Source of the DNA: Acidobacteriota bacterium
Lineage (GTDB): Bacteria; Acidobacteriota; UBA4820; DSQY01
Direction: 5' to 3'
DNA: 13,000 nucleotides
Assembly: GCA_049967655.1 (NCBI GenBank)
Contig: JBMFSH010000058.1
Span: 1-13,000, forward strand
The notes under the pieces were generated by a model. That model was not told where the DNA came from, did no database searches, and was given only the letters and a program-made list of their open reading frames with translations. Position 1 is the first letter of the stretch. The number at the start of each line of letters is the position of its first letter. Of this stretch, positions 1 to 6,165 are shown one piece after another. A program made the translations under genes and the position numbers.

Positions 1-151
1 AAGCCCGTGGAGCCCCACCCCACCCTTGGCGCCCTCTCGCCCTTGGCTCGAGGGCGCCCCAATCTCTTGATAGGTGACAAGGGCCTCTTCTTCAATGCCT
101 CGTCCCGCCTGCTTTCCATGTTCTTTCCCCCGTTCCATCGCGGGATTGGGG
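1..151 (-). mobile_element. Partial, inverted second copy of the MITE-like repeat at 3334-3594 (truncated by the window start)
   Basis: 134-151 (tccatcgcgggattgggg) is the exact 18/18 reverse complement of 3334-3351. By manual alignment, 1-79 matches the reverse complement of ~3403-3484 at about 80% (66/83 columns). End-to-end spacing is identical (1<->3484, 151<->3334). Confidence 0.75.
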
Positions 152-281
152 CTTTCCTCACGCCGAACCGGGCGCACCTTCGCCGCTCTTCTTTAAGCCC
201 CCGGCGGGAGCCGGTCCGCCGGGCCCTCCGTCGGCGGCGACGCGGCGCGAGGCCGGCTGCGCCTCGCGGGCGGATGGGCCC

Positions 282-1172
282 TCAGTCCAGCGGCTGGCCC
301 GTCAGCCTTTCGTAGGCCTCGCGGTACTTGGCCGTGGTCTTGGCCACCACCTCGGCGGGGAGGGAGGGCACCGGCGGCTCTTTGTTCCAACGGATGGAGA
401 GCAGATAGTCTCGCACGAACTGCTTGTCGAAGGAGGGTTGGGGGCGGCCGGGCTCATAGAGGTCCACGGGCCAGAATCGGCTGGAGTCCGGAGTCAACAC
501 CTCGTCGCAGAGGATGAGGTCTCCCTCGTGCAGCCCGAACTCGAACTTCGTGTCCGCGATGATGATGCCGCGCTGGCGGGCGTAGTCCGCGGCGAAGTTG
601 TAGAGGGCCAGCGAGGTCTCCCGCACGCGGCGAGCCAGGGTTTCTCCCACCAGCGCGGCGGCCTGGGCGAAGGAGATGTTTTCGTCGTGGCCGCTCTCCG
701 CCTTGGTGGAGGGGGTGAAGAGGGGCTCGGGGAGGCGATCGCTTTCCCTGAGGCCCGCGGGGAGAGGGATGCCGCACACCGAGCCGGTCCTCTGGTAGTC
801 GCTCCACCCCGAGCCGCTGAGATAGCCGCGGACGATGCACTCGACGGGCAGCATCTGCGCCTTCCTGGCGATGGTGAACCGGCCCTCCAGGGACTCCTTG
901 TAGGGGCAGAGCGGCGAGGGGAGATCGTCGGTCCTCGTGCTGATCAAGTGGTTCTTCACGAGGTGGCGGGTCTTTTCGAACCAGAAGGCCGAAATCATGT
1001 TCAGGACCCGGCCCTTGTCAGGGATGCCGTTGGGCAACACGTGGTCGAAGGCGGAGAGGCGGTCCGTCACTACGATGAGGAGGTTCTCCCCGAGGTCGTA
1101 CATGTCCCGCACCTTGCCGCGGGAGAGGAGCGGCACCTCCGCAAAGTTCGTCTGGGTTACCACCGGATGCAT
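282..1172 (-). CDS. purC: Phosphoribosylaminoimidazole-succinocarboxamide (SAICAR) synthase
   Basis: Motifs [57 protein letters not shown] and [11 protein letters not shown]. Start moved to ATG 1172 (MHPVV...), which has an AGGAGG Shine-Dalgarno; the track's longer start overlaps the upstream gene. Confidence 0.96.
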   Translation of the reverse strand: MHPVVTQTNFAEVPLLSRGKVRDMYDLGENLLIVVTDRLSAFDHVLPNGIPDKGRVLNMISAFWFEKTRHLVKNHLISTRTDDLPSPLCPYKESLEGRFTIARKAQMLPVECIVRGYLSGSGWSDYQRTGSVCGIPLPAGLRESDRLPEPLFTPSTKAESGHDENISFAQAAALVGETLARRVRETSLALYNFAADYARQRGIIIADTKFEFGLHEGDLILCDEVLTPDSSRFWPVDLYEPGRPQPSFDKQFVRDYLLSIRWNKEPPVPSLPAEVVAKTTAKYREAYERLTGQPLD

Positions 1173-1191
1173 GGGTTCCTCCTGCACCTCA

Positions 1192-2403
1192 TCAATGAAC
1201 CTTGGTTTCAGTGGGGCTCTGGCTCGCATGTGTGGACCCGCCCTTGGTCAGGGTGACCCGCTCCCCGCTTCGCGTGACCGAGAGGCCCGGAATCTTGTCC
1301 ACGACCGAAACGAATGTCTGGGCATCCTTGTCCGTATCCCAGACCGTGTTCCACACAAAGCCCTTACTCCCTGCCGATCCGGCACCCACCACGTACCGGT
1401 CGCCGCGCCAGCCCTCCGAGGCGGCGTTGGCCTGATCCTTGGCTACTCCCCACTCCTCCAGGAGGATCTTCGTGTTGAACTCTCCCCACACGCCCTTGGA
1501 CACCTGGGTCCACCCGGCCTTGAGCCAGGCGGCCGGGAGTGCGGCCTCGACGGCGACCGGCGGATCGCTGCCCGCGAAATACCGGGAGGGGTGAAGCACC
1601 TGCTCCATGGATCGCGGGGGATGGAGATACAGGTCGTCGACGGCCTGGAATCCTCCCCGCTCATAGGCCGCCTGTACCAGCCGATAACCGGCCAGGTAGG
1701 CTATGAGGAGGTTCTTCTGGAGGTAGGCCGGCACGCTCGCGCCCATCAGCTCCTGGCCTATGCCCATGGTGGTCATGAGATCGGACATGTTGCGCTGCTG
1801 GTCGGGCTTCACCTGCAGGAGCTGGTAGAGGTAGCGCAACATGACCCACGTGGCGTCTCCCTCCACCACGCACCGGGCGGCGTCGGCCCGATCTTCGTTC
1901 CGCCGGTCTTCGAGGGGCAGGCTGAGCAGATGGAAGTGCTGGTCGGTGAGCGCGTGGTCCAACTCGTGGACCAGGAAGACGTCCGTAAGGTGGAGATCAG
2001 GCAGGCCGAGCTGGGAGCCGAGGTCCCCGTCGTCCACCGGATTCCGGTTGACGTAAAGCTTGCCCGTGTGCGGGTCGTACAGCCCCGCCACCTGCTCGTC
2101 CAGCAGCACGTCCATCTGCTTCCGCAGGTTCATCTTGGGGGGTATGAGCCCAAACACCTTGAGCGTTTCTTCCATGCGGGGCCATTCCTCGGCCGTGTAC
2201 TCCCTAGCGATCTCCCCCTGGACCACGGCCCGCATGCCCGCATCGTCCACGTACGCCACCTGCACGGGCGAGAGGAAGGTCAGCCCCCGGAGCGCCTCCA
2301 CCTTCTTTTCCAGGGCCGCCAGGTCGGGTTTGCCCCGGGCCCGAACCCCCAGGGCCAAGACCAGCAGAATGAAGAATATGCAGGCGTTCCTCGCCTTCCT
2401 CAT
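1192..2403 (-). CDS. Secreted putative zinc metallopeptidase (HExxH...E, gluzincin-like; resembles DUF6782-type proteins), 403 aa
   Basis: From ATG 2403 there is a basic plus hydrophobic signal peptide ([22 protein letters not shown]), then [20 protein letters not shown], and VEGDA with its Glu 31 residues after the second His. [11 protein letters not shown] follows. The track's N-terminal extension runs through the tRNA and is not real. Confidence 0.75.
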   Translation of the reverse strand: MRKARNACIFFILLVLALGVRARGKPDLAALEKKVEALRGLTFLSPVQVAYVDDAGMRAVVQGEIAREYTAEEWPRMEETLKVFGLIPPKMNLRKQMDVLLDEQVAGLYDPHTGKLYVNRNPVDDGDLGSQLGLPDLHLTDVFLVHELDHALTDQHFHLLSLPLEDRRNEDRADAARCVVEGDATWVMLRYLYQLLQVKPDQQRNMSDLMTTMGIGQELMGASVPAYLQKNLLIAYLAGYRLVQAAYERGGFQAVDDLYLHPPRSMEQVLHPSRYFAGSDPPVAVEAALPAAWLKAGWTQVSKGVWGEFNTKILLEEWGVAKDQANAASEGWRGDRYVVGAGSAGSKGFVWNTVWDTDKDAQTFVSVVDKIPGLSVTRSGERVTLTKGGSTHASQSPTETKVH

Positions 2404-2409
2404 GAGGCG

Positions 2410-2438
2410 ATTGTGCCATCGGGGGCAGGAGCCGTCAA
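2410..2438 (-). promoter_or_regulatory. Sigma70-type promoter for the peptidase-purC unit (probably leaderless)
   Basis: On the minus strand: TTGACG (2438-2433), 17-nt spacer ending TGG, CACAAT (2415-2410), 6 nt, then ATG 2403. Confidence 0.6.
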
Positions 2439-2498
2439 CCGCGGCGGGCCGCCAGCGGGTCTCCCGCCCTTCGAATCCCTCGCCTAATCCCCCGAAGC

Positions 2499-2530
2499 AA
2501 GAAGGCCCCGGCTGACGCCGAGGCCTTCTT
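2499..2530 (-). terminator. Intrinsic terminator-like hairpin after the tRNA
   Basis: Minus strand AAGAAGGCCTCGG-cgtcag-CCGGGGCCTTCTT forms a 13-bp stem with one G-U pair and ends in TTCTT, 6 nt after the tRNA CCA. Confidence 0.7.
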
Positions 2531-2536
2531 AACCTC

Positions 2537-2612
<76 letters not shown>

Positions 2613-2621
2613 GAGTTTGTG

Positions 2622-2627
2622 AGTATA
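2622..2627 (-). promoter_or_regulatory. -10 element for the tRNA gene
   Basis: TATACT on the minus strand, 9 nt upstream of the mature tRNA 5' end, in an AT-richer patch. No convincing -35. Confidence 0.45.
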
Positions 2628-2725
2628 GAGGAAACGAGGGCGTAAGAAAAGTCCGGAGGGACCACCCGCGGCCGGAGGAGGGGCACCACTCCCCGACCTG
2701 ATGTATTGTAATCCTAGGAGGAGCC

Positions 2726-3280
2726 ATGCCGAACCGTGAAGATGCCTGGCGATTATTGTGCGAATGGACCCAGTCCGAGGCGTTGCGCCGGCACGCCCTC
2801 GGCGTTGAGACCGTCATGCGGGCCCTCGCCCGCCGCGCCGGCGAGGACGAAGAGCTGTGGGGCCTCACGGGGCTCCTGCACGATTTCGATTACGAGCGCT
2901 ATCCCCAGGCGCCCGATCACCCCACGAAGGGCTCCGAGGTTCTCCGCGGCGAGGGCTACCCGGCGGTCATGATCCAGGCCATCCTGGGCCACGCCGATTA
3001 TACCGGCGTGGCGAGGGTGTCGCCCCTGGCCAAGGCGCTGTTTGCCTCGGACGAGTTGACGGGATTCCTCTTCGCGTGCGCCTACGTTCAGCCCGATCGC
3101 CGCATCGCGAGCGTCAAGCCCGAGAGCGCCAAGAAGAAGCTCAAGGACAAATCCTTTGCCCGCGGGGTGAACCGGGACGACATCCGGAAGGGAGCGGAGG
3201 AGATGGGAGTGGACCTCCTCGAACACATCACCTTCGTGCGGGAGGCCCTGGCCGAAGGCGCGGAACGCTTGGGGCTCTGA
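2726..3280 (+). CDS. HD-superfamily (HDIG-type) metal-dependent phosphohydrolase, COG2316-like
   Basis: Motifs RRHALGVE, GLLHDFDYE, ILGHA, ALFASDELTG and KKKLKDKSFARGVNR. AGGAGG Shine-Dalgarno at 2716-2721. Confidence 0.85.
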   Translation: MPNREDAWRLLCEWTQSEALRRHALGVETVMRALARRAGEDEELWGLTGLLHDFDYERYPQAPDHPTKGSEVLRGEGYPAVMIQAILGHADYTGVARVSPLAKALFASDELTGFLFACAYVQPDRRIASVKPESAKKKLKDKSFARGVNRDDIRKGAEEMGVDLLEHITFVREALAEGAERLGL

Positions 3281-3333
3281 GGGGGTGCAGGCCTTCCTGG
3301 CCCCCCTCTCCGCACCCGCGGCCGCGCTCCCTT

Positions 3334-3594
3334 CCCCAATCCCGCGATGGAGGAGGGAAATAGCCGTGAAAGGCGCGGCAAATCACACACAGTGAGAAAG
3401 GGTGTCACACCCATTGAGGGATTGGGGGCCATCGAGCCGGAGGCGAAGAGGGTGCCAAGGGAGAGGTGGGGCCCCATCGGGCTTTGCCCGTGGGGCGGGA
3501 AGGGAATGGCCCTCCCCGTCCAGGAGACAACGCCTTTTCCCCATGAACCTGAGCGGTAGCCGGAGGCACCCGCGTTTCCATCGCGGAATTTGGG
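3334..3594 (+). mobile_element. 261-bp MITE-like non-autonomous element with TIRs and a 6-bp TSD
   Basis: Left TIR 3334-3351 (ccccaatcccgcgatgga) and right TIR 3577-3594 (tccatcgcggaatttggg) are 16/18 complementary. Direct repeat TCCCTT abuts both ends (3328-3333 and 3595-3600). A second copy lies at 1-151. No transposase ORF. Confidence 0.8.
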
Positions 3595-3608
3595 TCCCTT
3601 CAAGGACA

Positions 3609-3638
3609 TTGAAGCCGCGCGTCGCTCGCGCGTATACT
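3609..3638 (+). promoter_or_regulatory. Sigma70-type promoter for the receiver / MglA-kinase unit
   Basis: TTGAAG (3609-3614), 18-nt spacer, TATACT (3633-3638), about 58 nt before the GTG start at 3697. Confidence 0.55.
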
Positions 3639-3696
3639 TTGACGAAGGCGTATGCGGGATGACAATTCGCGGTCCCAGGCGAAAGGAGCATCATCG

Positions 3697-4044
3697 GTGA
3701 AGGTCTTGGTGGTGGACGACGACCGGCTGATCCGCAAGATGGCCAGGGCCGTCCTGGAGGAGGAGGGGCACGAATGCCTCGAAGCGGGAACCCCCGCCGA
3801 AGCCCTTCACCTGCTGCGGGAGGCCCGTCCCGAGGTCTGCTTTCTGGACCTCATTTTACCGGACATGGACGGGCTCACCCTTCTTCGCCTGTACTCGGCG
3901 GAGGCCGGGGAGAGGCGGGTTCGGGTCTTTCTGCTCACCGGGAGCGAGAGCGATGACCTGTTGGAGCAGGCGCGGAGCTGCGGAGCCGAGGGGATCCTGC
4001 GCAAGCCCTTCGATCCCGAGCTCCTCATCGCCAAGCTGAAGTAG
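3697..4044 (+). CDS. Single-domain response regulator (CheY-like receiver), 115 aa
   Basis: Acidic pocket VLVVDDD, phosphoacceptor Asp in CFLDLILPDMDG, switch Thr in LLTG, Lys in RKPF, no output domain. GTG start at 3697 with AAAGGAG Shine-Dalgarno at 3682-3688. Confidence 0.9.
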   Translation: MKVLVVDDDRLIRKMARAVLEEEGHECLEAGTPAEALHLLREARPEVCFLDLILPDMDGLTLLRLYSAEAGERRVRVFLLTGSESDDLLEQARSCGAEGILRKPFDPELLIAKLK

Positions 4045-4061
4045 CCGAGGGGGGGACACCG

Positions 4062-6128
4062 ATGGTTCAGTTCCGGCACGCGCAGCGCGAGATCCAGTTC
4101 AAGGTAGTCTATTACGGCCCGGCGCTCGGCGGAAAAACCACGAACCTGGAAGCCCTCCACGAGATCACGGACCCCGAAAACAAGACCCAGCTGGTCTCTC
4201 TCAAGACGGCGGAAGACCGCACCCTCTTCTTCGATTTCCTGCCCTTCGACCTGGGCGAAATTCAGGGGTACCACGTCCGGCTCCAGGTCTACACCGTCCC
4301 CGGCCAGGTGCACTACAACACCACTCGAAAGGTAGTGCTGACGGGCACGGACGGCCTCATCTTCGTGGCCGATTCCCAGCCAGGCCGGTCGAATGAGAAC
4401 TACATCGCCTGGGAGAACATGCGCGCCAACCTACTGGCCAACAAGATGGACCTTAACCAGATTCCGGTGGTGATCCAGTGCAACAAGCAGGACCTGCCCG
4501 ATGCCCTGCCCAAGGAGCAGGTGCTGGGCGCCATGAAGGTCGATTCCCCCAACGTCACGCTCGCTTCGGCCCTCAATGGCGAGGGGGTCATGCAGACCTT
4601 CCTGACCTGCATCCAGCTCATGCTGGGGCTCTTCGTCGATAAGTTCAAGCTGGCGGACCGCGGCGTCACTCCGGTCCGGATCTCCGCGGCCGTGTCGGAG
4701 GTGTTCGCTCCCTACATGACCAAGCGAAGGAGCCCGCCTGCCCAAATCCCGGCCGCCCCCGAGCAACCACCCGCCGTGGGGCTCAGCGACGAGGAACAGC
4801 TCGTGGCGGCCCTGCAATCCAGCACGCAGCTGGCGGAGCAGTACCAGGAGGCTAGCCTCCTGAGCCGGATGTACCAGGCCCGCCTCGATGAGATGACCAC
4901 GATCTACAACATCGGGAAGGGCCTCTCCGCGGCCCAGAGCATCGAGGAGGCCCTGAGCCTCACGGGAACCGTCCTGCACGAGTTCAGGCCCGCCTGGCAG
5001 GTATCCCTGTTCACCACCGGCGAAGGGGGAGTTTCTCCCCTGGCCACCTTCGGGGGCGAGGAAGACCCTCTCTGGACCGCCGATGCGCCCGGAGCCGGGA
5101 ACCTAGCCCTGGGCCTGATCCAGCGAGGAGAACGGACGCATCTGTCGGACCTGCCCGCCCTTTTCCAGCGGCTCAAGGCCTCGCCCATCCCGCCCCGGGC
5201 CGACGCCCTGGCCCTCCCCCTCGGAGCCGCGGAGAAACCCTCGGCCTACCTCATCGCCTATTCACCTCAGGACTCCCCCTTCAGCAAGGAGGAGGACCGG
5301 TTCCTCGCGCTTCTTGAACAGATCGTCTCTCCGAGGCTACAGACGCTGGCGCTCTTCGACGCCCTGGCCGCCGCCAACGAGCGCCTTGAGGTCAAGGTGC
5401 TGGAGCGGACCGCCGACCTGCAGGAGGCCCTGGAGCGGCTGCAGGAGCTCGATCAGCTCAAGCGGGCCTTCTTGAACAACGTCTCGCACGAGATGAAGAC
5501 CCCCCTCACCAACGTCCGCTCCTACGCCGACCTCCTCCGCCGCTACCCGCAGCAGCGGGAGAAGAACGCTGACGAGTACCTCGGCATCATCTACGAGGAG
5601 TCCCTGCGCCTCGAGACCCTCATCAACGACCTCCTGTCGTACACGAAGATCAAGGAGCCGCCCCGCGGCGAGTCGTGCGACCTCGTGGCGGTCCTAGAGG
5701 AGGTTCTCGAAACCCTGGGCGCGGTGGCCGAGCGCAAGCACCTCAAGGTCCAGGTCCAGAAGGAGGGAGACACGCTCTTCTTCGACATGAACAGAGAGGA
5801 TGCCGTCATCCTGTTCCGCCAGATCCTCGACAACGCCTTCAAATTTTCCCCCGAGGGGGTCAAGGTGAAGGTCTACCTGCTGCAGGACGCCAAGAGGGTG
5901 ATCTTCGCCGCGAGGGACTATGGCCCGGGCTTTCCGAAGGAGCAACAGGAGCGGCTCCTGGAGCCCTACGAGGCGGGGAACCCCACCGTTCCCAGCTACA
6001 AGGGACCGGGGCTCGGCATGGGCCTCTTCCTGGTCAAGGAGATCCTGGCCAAGTACCACGGGGGGATCGCCATCGAGAACATGGAGCCAGGCAGCAACGT
6101 TCTGGCCGAGCTTCCCAAACACGCTTGA
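4062..6128 (+). CDS. Fusion protein: MglA-like small GTPase + GAF-like region + HisKA/HATPase_c histidine kinase
   Basis: Residues 1-~190: KVVYYGPALGGKTTNL (G1), DRTLFFDFLP, YTVPGQ, FVADSQ, NKQD (G4), ASA (G5). These are followed by a Pro-rich linker, a GAF-like middle region (least certain) and a coiled coil. The kinase has H-box VSHEMKTPL (H476), N-box QILDNAFKFS, G1 DYGPGF and G2 GPGLGMGL. No transmembrane segment seen. Confidence 0.9.
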   Translation: MVQFRHAQREIQFKVVYYGPALGGKTTNLEALHEITDPENKTQLVSLKTAEDRTLFFDFLPFDLGEIQGYHVRLQVYTVPGQVHYNTTRKVVLTGTDGLIFVADSQPGRSNENYIAWENMRANLLANKMDLNQIPVVIQCNKQDLPDALPKEQVLGAMKVDSPNVTLASALNGEGVMQTFLTCIQLMLGLFVDKFKLADRGVTPVRISAAVSEVFAPYMTKRRSPPAQIPAAPEQPPAVGLSDEEQLVAALQSSTQLAEQYQEASLLSRMYQARLDEMTTIYNIGKGLSAAQSIEEALSLTGTVLHEFRPAWQVSLFTTGEGGVSPLATFGGEEDPLWTADAPGAGNLALGLIQRGERTHLSDLPALFQRLKASPIPPRADALALPLGAAEKPSAYLIAYSPQDSPFSKEEDRFLALLEQIVSPRLQTLALFDALAAANERLEVKVLERTADLQEALERLQELDQLKRAFLNNVSHEMKTPLTNVRSYADLLRRYPQQREKNADEYLGIIYEESLRLETLINDLLSYTKIKEPPRGESCDLVAVLEEVLETLGAVAERKHLKVQVQKEGDTLFFDMNREDAVILFRQILDNAFKFSPEGVKVKVYLLQDAKRVIFAARDYGPGFPKEQQERLLEPYEAGNPTVPSYKGPGLGMGLFLVKEILAKYHGGIAIENMEPGSNVLAELPKHA

Positions 6129-6165
6129 GGCTCTTTCCCCCCCTGTCTCCCTTGTTTTCGTCCCC

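Noticed and set aside
246..268. 8-bp hairpin cgcgaggc/gcctcgcg after purC (a similar imperfect one at 3279-3308 follows the HD gene)
   Set aside because: No U-tract, and such stems are common at this GC content; not called as terminators.
937..2487. 516-aa plus-strand ORF
   Set aside because: Antisense shadow of purC and the peptidase and crosses their boundary. No motifs; typical of high-GC DNA.
3450..3535. Resemblance to a cobalamin riboswitch (gggaagg ... ccaggagac)
   Set aside because: Lacks the CCCGCAACTGT and GCCACTG core, has no B12-related downstream gene, and lies inside the TIR/TSD-bounded element. An Rfam search would settle it.
3365..3570. Resemblance to a c-di-GMP-I riboswitch (ggcaaa, ggtagccgg)
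   Set aside because: Motifs are ~170 nt apart and lack the required P2 GNRA / GCAAA / receptor arrangement.
3347..3694. Short ORFs inside or over the repeat (3347-3559 +, 3402-3662 +, 3383-3694 -), plus 7-315 + over the other copy
   Set aside because: No transposase or other motifs. The indels between the two copies are not frame-preserving.
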